The position numbers and the translations under genes were made by a program. From positions 1 to 37,148 of the forward strand of contig PKZK01000196.1 in NCBI GenBank assembly GCA_003133025.1: a stretch of DNA of 37,148 nt. Reading direction: 5' to 3'. Below the pieces are notes generated by a model that saw nothing but the letters and a program-made list of their open reading frames with translations, did not search any database and was not told the origin of the DNA. The stretch is from Vulcanimicrobiota bacterium (GTDB lineage Bacteria; Vulcanimicrobiota; Vulcanimicrobiia; Vulcanimicrobiales; Vulcanimicrobiaceae). Shown piece after piece: positions 1 to 8,388 of this stretch. How positions within the stretch are numbered: position 1 is the stretch's first letter; each line of letters starts with the position of its first letter.

Positions 1-151
1 CGGCGAGGACGTCGCCGCAGGCACGCGCATGTTCAACGCGCTGGCCGAAGGCGGCAAAATAACGATGCCGCTCGAGAAGCAGTTTTGGGGCGCGACGTTC
101 GGTCAACTGATCGATCGCTTCGGTAACCAGTGGATGTTCAACCTCGGCTGA
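1..151 (+). CDS. PhnB/VOC (glyoxalase-like) family protein, 3' end (partial)
   Basis: Frame 2 reads GEDVAAGTRMFNALAEGGKITMPLEKQFWGATFGQLIDRFGNQWMFNLG*, with the F..LAEGG...MPL...FWG..FG...DRFG..W pattern of PhnB/YjdN proteins. Not in the ORF track. Confidence 0.9.
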   Translation, partial: GEDVAAGTRMFNALAEGGKITMPLEKQFWGATFGQLIDRFGNQWMFNLG

Positions 152-168
152 TCCGCGGGATCGGCAGG

Positions 169-561
169 CTAGCGCGTCTGGAGTAATTCGTCGGCCAGCG
201 CGCGCGCCTTCGCCTTGACCGCATCGCGAATCTCGCGTAGACGTTCGGGAGACTCTCCCTTCGGATCGGGCAGGCCCCAATCCGCGTCGATGCGCGGCAC
301 GCCTTCCACGTCGCAGCCCATCGTGACGATGTGCCGCGCACGGTCCACCGTCGACGCATCGAGCAACTTGGGACGCGCGGCCGCAATGTCTATGCCATCC
401 TCGGCCATCGTCGCGACGACGCCGGGATCGGGGCGATCGGCTGCGATCGTGCCCGCCGAGGCCACCTCGACGAGGTCGCCTGCGAACGCCCGCAGATACG
501 CTTCGGCCATCTGACTGCGGCCGGTGTTGTGTTTGCAGACGAACAGCACGAGCGGCTTCAT
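169..561 (-). CDS. arsC: Arsenate reductase, LMW-PTPase fold
   Basis: MKPLVLFVCKHNTGRSQMAE (CX5R P-loop), SAGT, TMGC, WGLPDP. ATG at 561 overlaps the upstream stop (ATGA). Last gene of the ars operon. Confidence 0.88.
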   Translation of the reverse strand: MKPLVLFVCKHNTGRSQMAEAYLRAFAGDLVEVASAGTIAADRPDPGVVATMAEDGIDIAAARPKLLDASTVDRARHIVTMGCDVEGVPRIDADWGLPDPKGESPERLREIRDAVKAKARALADELLQTR

Positions 562-1250
562 GCCGCGTCGCCGCGCACGAGCGCTGGTGCCGTCCGGTGC
601 GTTGCCGGAACCATCCACGCGAAGAGCAGCGCCGCCGCAACCGCACCGCCCAGTTGCGCCAACACGAACGGTACGACGTCGGCGGGCCTGATGCCCGAGA
701 ACGTGTCGGTCAACGCGCGCGCGAGCGTCACGGCGGGATTGGCGAACGAGGTCGAGGGCGTAAACCAATAAGCGGCGCCTATGTACCCGGCGACGGCAAA
801 GGGCGTGACGCCGGGACGCAGGTGCGTACCGCGAATGACGACGATCAGACCGAAGGTGGCGACCGCTTCGCTCAGCGCAAGCGCGCCGCCCGCGCGCACG
901 TGCTGCGACGGCGCAAAGGGCGCCAAGCCGAACATCACGTTGGCAAGCGCGACGCCGGCCAACGCTCCGGCAATTTGCGCCGCGACGTATGCGGCGCCGT
1001 CGCGCCGCGACGTGCGGCCCGACCACGCTTCGAGCAGCGTGACGACGGGGTTGAGGTGCGCGCCGGACACGGGACCGAAGGCGTAGATCAGTGCGGCCAG
1101 CGCACCACAAGTGGCCAACGTGTTGGCCAAGAGCGCGAGCGCGACGTTACCGCCCGCGAGCCGCTCGCCCGCGATCCCCGACCCCACGATCGTGGCGAGT
1201 AACAGGCCCGTGCCGGTCGCCTCCGCGGCGACGCGGCGCGCGAGCGTCAT
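558..1250 (-). CDS. MIP/aquaglyceroporin, AqpS-like arsenite channel
   Basis: SGAHLNPVVT and TSFANPAVT signatures, GSGIAGERL, YIGAAYWFT, multiple TM segments; located inside the ars operon. Confidence 0.9.
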   Translation of the reverse strand: MTLARRVAAEATGTGLLLATIVGSGIAGERLAGGNVALALLANTLATCGALAALIYAFGPVSGAHLNPVVTLLEAWSGRTSRRDGAAYVAAQIAGALAGVALANVMFGLAPFAPSQHVRAGGALALSEAVATFGLIVVIRGTHLRPGVTPFAVAGYIGAAYWFTPSTSFANPAVTLARALTDTFSGIRPADVVPFVLAQLGGAVAAALLFAWMVPATHRTAPALVRGDAA

Positions 1251-1251
1251 C

Positions 1252-1650
1252 TCAGCAGCACGCGGGCGCCGCATCGTCGCGCGCTTCGACGTCTTCGATC
1301 ACGAAATACGTCTCCCAGCGCCGACCCTCGGGATCGCTCGCCCAGACCTTCGTTTGCACGGCGTAGCAGCACGTCTCGCCGCGCTCGACGTCGATCGGAT
1401 ACCCCGCGGCTTCGAGACGCGCGATCGCGCGCTCGACTTCGGCCGCATCGTCGGCGGCGATGCCGTAGTGTTCGTGCGCCGGCGCTGCGGCCAGCGGATC
1501 GAGCTCGAGCACGAGTTCGAGCGGCGGGTTCGCGCTGACGAACAGCGCGTAGTCGTCGTAGTGCTTCGCCGGCGGCGCGGCCAGCAGCGTCTCGTAGAAC
1601 GCGACGCCGGCCGCGATGTCGCGCGTGGGCAGGCTCAGATGCGTTTTCAG
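1252..1650 (-). CDS. arsI: ArsI/CadI-family VOC enzyme (putative C-As lyase); probable CTG start
   Basis: KTHLSL...FYETL...PAK...HYG...TCCYAVQTKVWASDPEGRRWETY, carrying His/His/Glu metal ligands and the vicinal CC of ArsI. CTG at 1650 overlaps the arsR TGA and follows a GGAG SD. Confidence 0.85.
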   Translation of the reverse strand: MKTHLSLPTRDIAAGVAFYETLLAAPPAKHYDDYALFVSANPPLELVLELDPLAAAPAHEHYGIAADDAAEVERAIARLEAAGYPIDVERGETCCYAVQTKVWASDPEGRRWETYFVIEDVEARDDAAPACC

Positions 1651-1979
1651 GCCGGAACTCCGTCGGGAATAGCCAGCGCCACGGCGGCTTCGAGCCGCTC
1701 GCGCACGCCGGGCGTCAGAGAATAATAGCCCCAAGTGCCGCGTCGCACGGAGGCGAGCACGCCCGCATCCTTGAGGATCTTGAGGTGGTGCGAGATCGTG
1801 GACTGATTGAGGCCGAACCCCTCGACGAAGTCGCATACGCAGACCTCGTGCCCGGCCCGGGCGATCGTGGCCACGATGGCCAACCGTGTCGGATCGCCGA
1901 TCGCCTTGAACAGGGCCGCCTCGGCATCCACCGGACGTGGGTAGACCGCGGCCTCAGGGCAGCAACGTTGCATCGACAC
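1647..1979 (-). CDS. arsR: ArsR/SmtB family arsenic-responsive repressor
   Basis: FKAIGDPTRL, EVCVCD, QSTISHHLKILKDAG, RRGTWGYY, plus an N-terminal CC. Start is GTG 1979 (leaderless geometry) or ATG 1973. Confidence 0.93.
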   Translation of the reverse strand: MSMQRCCPEAAVYPRPVDAEAALFKAIGDPTRLAIVATIARAGHEVCVCDFVEGFGLNQSTISHHLKILKDAGVLASVRRGTWGYYSLTPGVRERLEAAVALAIPDGVPA

Positions 1980-2016
1980 CTGCCGATACTACTCGATTGA
2001 ATCAGCTTCTGTCAAT
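1972..2016 (-). promoter_or_regulatory. ars promoter/operator: TTGACA (2015-2010), 18 nt, TAGTAT (1991-1986), with inverted repeat ATCGACA-CC-TGCCGAT (1972-1987)
   Basis: Perfect -35 and TAnnnT -10 read directly from sequence. An imperfect 7-2-7 IR overlaps the start site, as expected of an ArsR operator. A second IR, ATTGA-N11-TCAAT, lies at 1996-2016. Confidence 0.7.
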
Positions 2017-2034
2017 GCAAGACGTAAAGGTCAT

Positions 2035-3570
2035 TCATGCGTCGCGTCCCGCGATGCCCAGGCGCGTCACGTAACGCTCCAAGGGCACAACGTCTTGATC
2101 GGGCTGCGCCAAGCCCACGTGACCGTCGGGCCGCACGAGGTACAGGGCATCTTCTTCGAGCCGCACGCGAATGGCCGCTTCGCTCGGTGCGAACTCGTGC
2201 AAGGCGATGCCGTGTCGCGCCGCAGCCTCGCGAAGCGCCGTTTCGGCTTTGCCGTAAACGTGGATCTGCCAATCGAGCGACGCGAGGGCCGCGAAGTTGC
2301 CGCCGCCGGGCCCGTCGACCCAGGGCAGCCGGTCGCCGCCGCGGATTTTGCCCGCCGCGCCCTCGCTCAATGCGCTCGTACGATACCGTATGCGCGTCTG
2401 CGAGATCGCGTCGAACCACCTGAGCCGGACAGCCTCGACGTTGAGCAGTTCGGGCACGATGCGCGGCACGAGCACCGTACGCAGGAAGCGATCGAAAAGC
2501 GAATCGCCGACGGCGCTCGCAAAGAGGCGATCGGTCGTTGCGACGAGCGACCGCGCAAAGGGAATGCGTTCGGACTCGTACGTGTCCAAAAGCGCGGGCT
2601 CCGCGCGGCGAGCGAGCACCGCGGCGATTTTCCACGCTACATTCGCCGCGTCGCCGATTCCCGTATTCATGCCCTGTCCGCCGGCCGGGCTGTGGATGTG
2701 CGCCGCATCGCCGAGCAAGAACGCGTTGCCTTTGCGGAAGGCGTCGGCCACCCGATGGTGGGCGCGATACGTCGAGAACCAATCGACGCCGGCAAAGCTG
2801 CCGCCCGTCAATGCCGCCGCCTCGGGTGCAACCGCGGCGAACTCGAGCTGGCGGTCGTCGCCGACGGATTGGATCACGGAACCGATGAGCCGGGTCGACT
2901 GCCCGTGACGCAGCGGCAGCGCTATGCAGAACGAGTTCGCGTCCACGCAGAAATTGAGTCTGCCGTCGAGGCCGCCGCCGCTGCCGCGCACGTCGGCGAC
3001 GTAGAACAGCCGGTCGTAGGTGCCGCCCGGAAAGCCGACGCCCATGCGGCGCCGCACGGAGCTGTGCGCGCCGTCGCAGCCGCACAGATACGCGGCCTCC
3101 ACGGTTTCGCGAACGCCGCCGGGACCGTTCAACACCGCGCGAATACCGTTGCCGAGATCGTCGTACTCGAGCAACTCCGTGCCGCGCTCGACCTCGACGC
3201 CCGCCTCGTGCAGCCGCTCTACGAGCATGCGTTCGTGTTCGTCCTGCGGCAGAATCAGGACGTAGGCGTAGGGACTTTGCGCGTGCACGGCGTCACCTCG
3301 ATCGCCGAAATCGAGTTCGCCGGCTTCCGTGCCGCGTAGCCGAACGCGGATCGAGTTCGCGATCGTACCGCGCTGCACGGCTTCCGCGGCGAAGCCCAAC
3401 TGACGATAAAATTCCAGCGTGCGCGCTTGCACGGCGATCGCTCGCGACGTCTCGCCCGGTCCCTCGCTCGTATCGACGATGCGCACGGAGACGCCCAAGC
3501 GAGTGAGCCACAAAGCGAGGTTCAGGCCCGTCGGGCCCGCACCGGCAACGAGCACCTCCGTTTGCGCCAT
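2035..3570 (-). CDS. FAD-dependent monooxygenase (PheA/TfdB-like aromatic hydroxylase family)
   Basis: VAGAGPTG, GCDGAHS and LLGDAAHIHSPAGGQGMNTG fingerprints; C-terminal LVRPDGHV. Confidence 0.92.
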   Translation of the reverse strand: MAQTEVLVAGAGPTGLNLALWLTRLGVSVRIVDTSEGPGETSRAIAVQARTLEFYRQLGFAAEAVQRGTIANSIRVRLRGTEAGELDFGDRGDAVHAQSPYAYVLILPQDEHERMLVERLHEAGVEVERGTELLEYDDLGNGIRAVLNGPGGVRETVEAAYLCGCDGAHSSVRRRMGVGFPGGTYDRLFYVADVRGSGGGLDGRLNFCVDANSFCIALPLRHGQSTRLIGSVIQSVGDDRQLEFAAVAPEAAALTGGSFAGVDWFSTYRAHHRVADAFRKGNAFLLGDAAHIHSPAGGQGMNTGIGDAANVAWKIAAVLARRAEPALLDTYESERIPFARSLVATTDRLFASAVGDSLFDRFLRTVLVPRIVPELLNVEAVRLRWFDAISQTRIRYRTSALSEGAAGKIRGGDRLPWVDGPGGGNFAALASLDWQIHVYGKAETALREAAARHGIALHEFAPSEAAIRVRLEEDALYLVRPDGHVGLAQPDQDVVPLERYVTRLGIAGRDA

Positions 3571-3574
3571 ATGG

Positions 3575-5443
3575 CTACATCGGCGTCTTGGGCAAGAACA
3601 CGAGCGAGATCCACGGTACGAGCGCTATGACGACGAGCGCGAGCACCAGTACGCCGAGATACGGTAAAATAGGTTTGACGGCAGCCTCGGGATCGGCCTT
3701 TCCAATGGCGCAGGCGCTGTAGTAGCCGATGCCCAAGGGCGGCGCAAAGAGGCCGACGCCCATCGCGAGCACCGCCACGATGGCGTAGTGCACTTCGTTG
3801 ATCCCTGCGGCTTTCGCAACGGGAAAGAGCAGCGGACCGAAGAGCACCATGGCGGGAATGCCTTCCAGCACAGAGCCCAAGACGATGAAGAGCACGATCG
3901 AGAGCAACATGATGCCGGTCGCGCCGCCCGGGGCGTGACCGAGGATGTCGGCGAGTTGCTGCGCGAAGCCCGATTGCGTCAGGGCCCAGCCCATCGCGGT
4001 GGCCGTCGCGATGATAAGCAGGATCGCGCCGCTCAGCGCGACCGTTTCGAGCAGCGTCGGATAGGCCTTGCGCCAATCGAACTCGCGATAGACGAAGACG
4101 CCCACGAGCAACGTGTAGACGATGCCCACCACGCTGACCTCGGTGGCCGTTGCGATGCCCTTTACGACGAAGTAGCGGATCAAGAGCGGCAAGAGCAGCC
4201 CGGGGATCGCGACCAGCAACGTCTTGGCGATCGCGCCTAGCGGCGCGCGGGGAACGGCGGCGAGCGACTCGCGCCGCGCTTGCACGAGCGCCACCGCGAT
4301 CAGCAAGACCGAACAGAACGCCGCGGGCAGTAAGCCCGCGGTGAACAGCGCGCCGATCGAGACGCCGGTCACCGAACCGATGATGATCAGGACGAGGCTG
4401 GGCGGAATGGTCTCCGCCATCGCGCCCGAGGTGGCCAGCAGCGCGATCATGCCGGTGCGTTTCTGACCCCGGCGTTCCATATCCGGAAAGAGCACGGGCG
4501 CCACGGCGGCCATGTCGGCGATCTTCGATCCGGAAATGCCGGAAACGACGAACATCGCGGCGACCAGCACGATGTTCAAGCCACCGCGGAAGTGCCCGAC
4601 CAGACTGGCCAACGCCTCCACCAGACGCCGCGCGATACCCGCATTCTCCATGATCAGGCCGAGGAAGATGAACAGCGGCACGGCGAGCAGCACCAGGCTA
4701 GAGATGCCCTCATCCATGCGGCTGACCACCGTATTGAGCGGCACCTGCGTGGTGATCGCCAGATACGAGAGCGTGCCGACGCCGAACGAAAACGCGATCG
4801 GCACGCCGATGGCGACACACGCGCCGACGATGCCCACGAAAAAGATGAGCAGGTTGAGGTTACCGAACGCCGCGAACGCGCCGCGCCCGAACCAGGCCGC
4901 CGCGCTGATCAGCAACGCGCCGACGATAACGCCTACGACCACCTTGGCGGGCATCTCGCTCAGGCGCAACAACGCCAGCACCAAAATCAGCGCGAGACCG
5001 ACCATGATCGCGAGCACCACGTACGAACGCGGGATGTTCAGAGCGGGCGTAAGGTCGATCTGCTCTTGCTGGAAGAACTTCAACGTCGCGGGCATCAATT
5101 CGATCACGAAGATCGCGACGACGACCGAGGAGATCGCTTCGAGCACGCGCTTGACGGGTTCCGACACACGCCGCAGCAGCGCGGTCATGCGAATGTGCTC
5201 GCCGCGCCGGTACGCCACTACGGCGCCGAGCATCGCAAGCCAAAGCAGCAGGATCGTGGCCAGTTCGTCGCCCCAGATCAAGGCGCTGTGCATCACGTAG
5301 CGCATGAACACGCCCGCAGCCAGCAACACGATTTCGGCGACGACCAATGCCGCGGCCGTGGGTTCGGTTACCCAACCTACCGCGCGATCGATCGCGGCCG
5401 CCCACGGCCGGCGATAGGTCAGCCGCTGCGCAGCACCGTGCAA
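3575..5443 (-). CDS. TRAP transporter fused DctQ-DctM permease
   Basis: DctQ part (GVFMRYV, WGDELA, GEHIRM) followed by DctM (LLAVPLF, GISGSKIAD, TIPPS, ATATE, PPLG). TTG start at about 5443 is inferred. Confidence 0.9.
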   Translation of the reverse strand: MHGAAQRLTYRRPWAAAIDRAVGWVTEPTAAALVVAEIVLLAAGVFMRYVMHSALIWGDELATILLLWLAMLGAVVAYRRGEHIRMTALLRRVSEPVKRVLEAISSVVVAIFVIELMPATLKFFQQEQIDLTPALNIPRSYVVLAIMVGLALILVLALLRLSEMPAKVVVGVIVGALLISAAAWFGRGAFAAFGNLNLLIFFVGIVGACVAIGVPIAFSFGVGTLSYLAITTQVPLNTVVSRMDEGISSLVLLAVPLFIFLGLIMENAGIARRLVEALASLVGHFRGGLNIVLVAAMFVVSGISGSKIADMAAVAPVLFPDMERRGQKRTGMIALLATSGAMAETIPPSLVLIIIGSVTGVSIGALFTAGLLPAAFCSVLLIAVALVQARRESLAAVPRAPLGAIAKTLLVAIPGLLLPLLIRYFVVKGIATATEVSVVGIVYTLLVGVFVYREFDWRKAYPTLLETVALSGAILLIIATATAMGWALTQSGFAQQLADILGHAPGGATGIMLLSIVLFIVLGSVLEGIPAMVLFGPLLFPVAKAAGINEVHYAIVAVLAMGVGLFAPPLGIGYYSACAIGKADPEAAVKPILPYLGVLVLALVVIALVPWISLVFLPKTPM

Positions 5444-5447
5444 GGCG

Positions 5448-6327
5448 TTACCCGAGCTTGTTGGCGTAACGCTCGAGCGCGCTCCACGCCTTCGGGCCGA
5501 ATTCCGCCTTCCAGCGGTCGTAATACTTCGCGTCGACCAACTTTTTCTTGAAGCCGGCGACCTCGACCGGATTGAATTGCATGCCGCGACGGCGCAGCTT
5601 GTCGGCCACGGAACTGTTGAGCCGGTCGGTGTCCTGGCGGGCCTTGAGCGCCGCCGCGTTGAGTTCGCGAGTGAAGAGCGCCTGGATGTCGGGCGGGAGG
5701 CGCTTCCANNGTCTGTAGCGAGGTGTAGAGTTCGCTCAGCGAAATCGGCGTGGGCGAAGCACCCAGCGACTGAAATGTGTCGATGCGGATCTTCCCGGGC
5801 GAGACGCGGATCTTCAACCCGGCCAAATCGTTGACCGTGCGGATCGGCTTGGTCGAGGTGGTGATCTCGCGGAAACCGTTCTCCCAGATCTTGTCGAACA
5901 CGACGATCTCGCGCGAACTGATCTCGTCGCGAATTACCTTGCCCAGGTCGCCGTCCATGGCGCGGAACACCGTGTCGCGATTGGGAAACGCATAGGCGAC
6001 GTTTTCGATCGAGGCCACCGGCACGACCGAATTGAGAAACGCACCGGGGAAGGCCAGCATCTCCAGGGCGCCGGTGCGCAGTTGCGAGAGCATGGCGGGG
6101 TCGCTGCCGAGTTGGCTCGCCGGAAAGGTCTTGATGTCGACGCGGCCTTTGGTGGCCGCCTTGATGCGCGCGAACGCCTCGACCGACCGGGTGCTGATCG
6201 GGTGGTCGGGCGGCACGTCGACGGCCCACTTGTATTCGAACTCCGCGGCTTGCGCGGGCTTGATGATGCCGATCGTCGCGAACGTCGCGGCGGCGCCGGC
6301 CAGAAGACCGGGGCGGGTGAGGGACAT
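5448..6327 (-). CDS. dctP: TRAP substrate-binding protein DctP, interrupted by assembly gap
   Basis: FPASQLGSD, WENGFREIT, DLAGLKIRV, ELYTSLQ before the nn. After it a different frame reads WKRLPPDIQ...AWSALERYANKLG*. AGGAG SD. Confidence 0.9.
5709..5710. other. Assembly gap (nn); others at 11274-11275, 24187-24188, 30759-30760, 36290-36291
   Basis: Literal n bases. At this site dctP loses its conserved G.VDGQEN.../NH segment and changes frame, so the true gap exceeds 2 nt. Confidence 0.9.
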
Positions 6328-6490
6328 GCGTTGCTCCTGGCTCGTGTTGTTCTAAGGTTGCCGCGGCGGGGCCGACAAATCCTCATCGGCCTTCTCGGCT
6401 ACCGGGCCAGGAACGCCATCTATCTGCAAATCGACACTATTGGACGTTCGGCTGAAGGAGGCGCGGGCGGTCGCTCAGGAAACCCGGCTC

Positions 6491-7168
6491 ATGAGACAGC
6501 GTTCGATTGCCATGCTCGTGCTGGCCGGCCTTTTCGCATTCGCTCCCGCCTTCGCGCCGCTCGCCGCAGGGGCCGACGGCTCGGTGCAAGTCGGGAATCT
6601 GTACACGAGCAGCCTGAAGTTTTCGCTGCGCTGCGTGGGCGATAGCGATTGGCACGAGTTCAGCCTCGACAGTGTCGCGTACAAGAACTATAGCGCGGCG
6701 AGCTGGAACGGTTCGTGCGACGGCGATTACCAACTGCGCATAGGTACGACGAAAAGCGACGGTTCGGTGAATGAAAACGTGGTACGCCTGAAGCCGGGCC
6801 ACGGATACGTGTTGGCCAAGCCCGGTGACACGATGGAGTACACCGCCTACGACGCGCGGACTATGGTCGTGATCCTCAATAAATCGTCACGCCAGCTGAA
6901 GTTCACCTACGGTTGCTCCGGCGTCGCCCAGCGCCCCTTGACCGTCGCAGCACGGAACTTCACGTGGATCCACTTCGGGTCTCCCCCGGAATGCTCGCCG
7001 TATATGGCTTCGATCGAGACCACCGCCAACGACGGCAGTTCCACGACCGTATCCAAACCGCTCGTTCCCGACAACGCCTATTCGCTGAGTTGGAACGACG
7101 CCCGTCAGGCCTGGGACATCCAGGTCGAGAAGCAAGGCGGCGGCCAGGCCAACGACGCCAATAACTGA
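6491..7168 (+). CDS. Secreted hypothetical protein with two tandem homologous beta-rich domains
   Basis: Signal peptide (…LAAGA|DG), SD-like CAGGA upstream, internal repeat LKF...C.G...C..Y...I.TT..DGS......L.P...Y.L. Confidence 0.75.
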   Translation: MRQRSIAMLVLAGLFAFAPAFAPLAAGADGSVQVGNLYTSSLKFSLRCVGDSDWHEFSLDSVAYKNYSAASWNGSCDGDYQLRIGTTKSDGSVNENVVRLKPGHGYVLAKPGDTMEYTAYDARTMVVILNKSSRQLKFTYGCSGVAQRPLTVAARNFTWIHFGSPPECSPYMASIETTANDGSSTTVSKPLVPDNAYSLSWNDARQAWDIQVEKQGGGQANDANN

Positions 7169-7191
7169 GCTCTTAGGAGCCCTGCAAGGCT

Positions 7192-8388
7192 CTACCGCGG
7201 ACCGAGGTCGGCGTCGAGTACCTCGTCCGTATCGGCGCCGACCTGCGAGGGGCCGCTACGCAACTCGGGCGCGCCGGAACGCTCAAAGCGCGGGATCGGG
7301 GCCACCATCGTCACCGAGCCGAGGTCGGGATCGGGAACGCGAACGAGGGAACCGCGCGCGACGACCTGCGGATTCGCGAATACCGAGTCGATCGTTTCCA
7401 GTGGCCCTGCGGCGCAGCCGGCGCGCGTGAAAATGTCGATCGCTTCGTCACGCGTGCGCGTGGCGCAGAAGGCTTCGATCTCGGCGTCGAGCGCCGCGCC
7501 GTTGCGCACGCGTTCGGCGTTGGTGGCGAAGCGCGGGTCGGCCACGAGGTGCGGGCCGCCGACGACGGCGAGCACGCGCTCGGCCACCGCCTGCGTGCTG
7601 CCCGAGAGCGCCAGATACGCGCCGTCGGCGCAGCGATAGGCGCCGCGCGGCGCGGTGTCTTCCATCCGATTGCCCGAGCGCTCGTGCAGGGTACCGTTGC
7701 TCGCGTACTCGGCGAGTTGCGACTCGGCGACCTTGAGCACGGCCTCGTAAATCGCCAAGTCGATGACCTCGCCTTCGCCGCCGCGCAAGCGCCGCGCGTA
7801 GGCCGCGCAGACGGCGGCGGCGCCGAGCTGCCCGGCCATCACGTCGGCCAGCGGAAACGCCGGCAGCAGCGGCGGACGGTCGGCATAGCCCGAGACCGAG
7901 GCAATGCCGCTCATCGCTTCGGCGAGCGTGCCGAAGCCGGCGCGCTCGCGATAGGGGCCGTACTGACCGAACGCGGTCACGCGAAGAATCACCAAATGCG
8001 GCGCCGCTTCGAGCAATCGCGCGGGCGCTAAATTCCATCGCTCGAGCGTGCCCGGTCTGAAGTTCTCGATGAGGATATCGAACCGCGGCAGCCAGCGAAC
8101 CAACAGATCCTGCGTTGCCTCATCGTGCAGGTCGAGCGCGACGCTCTTCTTGTTGCGCGACAGCGCTTTCCAGTACAGGCCTTGACCGCGGCGCTGGGCG
8201 CCGTATTTGCGCACCGGGTCGCCTGCGCCCGGACGCTCGAGTTTGATCACCTCCGCACCGAAGTCGGCGAGCGTCGCCGCCGTCGTCGGCGCGGCGATCA
8301 TGGTCGAACAGTCGAGAACGCGCACGCCGGCAAGCGGGCCGCGCGCTGCAGAGCTGCCGCCTATCGCGAAAGGGCCTCGTCGTACCAC
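7192..8388 (-). CDS. CaiB/BaiF family (class III) CoA-transferase
   Basis: GPLAGVRVLD, LADFGAEVIKLERP, RNKKS, ENFRPG, AFGQYGPY. Start uncertain (GTG 8388). Confidence 0.9.
   Translation of the reverse strand: MVRRGPFAIGGSSAARGPLAGVRVLDCSTMIAAPTTAATLADFGAEVIKLERPGAGDPVRKYGAQRRGQGLYWKALSRNKKSVALDLHDEATQDLLVRWLPRFDILIENFRPGTLERWNLAPARLLEAAPHLVILRVTAFGQYGPYRERAGFGTLAEAMSGIASVSGYADRPPLLPAFPLADVMAGQLGAAAVCAAYARRLRGGEGEVIDLAIYEAVLKVAESQLAEYASNGTLHERSGNRMEDTAPRGAYRCADGAYLALSGSTQAVAERVLAVVGGPHLVADPRFATNAERVRNGAALDAEIEAFCATRTRDEAIDIFTRAGCAAGPLETIDSVFANPQVVARGSLVRVPDPDLGSVTMVAPIPRFERSGAPELRSGPSQVGADTDEVLDADLGPR

Noticed and set aside
169..1110. MIP-ArsC fusion (313-aa ORF)
   Set aside because: MIP and ArsC are in different frames with an ATGA overlap; the extension is a shadow frame.
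3575..6229. 884-aa ORF suggesting a DctP-DctQM fusion or a frameshifted dctP
   Set aside because: Artefact of the nn gap at 5709. DctP ends at its own TAA (5448-5450), and the N-terminal part of this ORF is off-frame.
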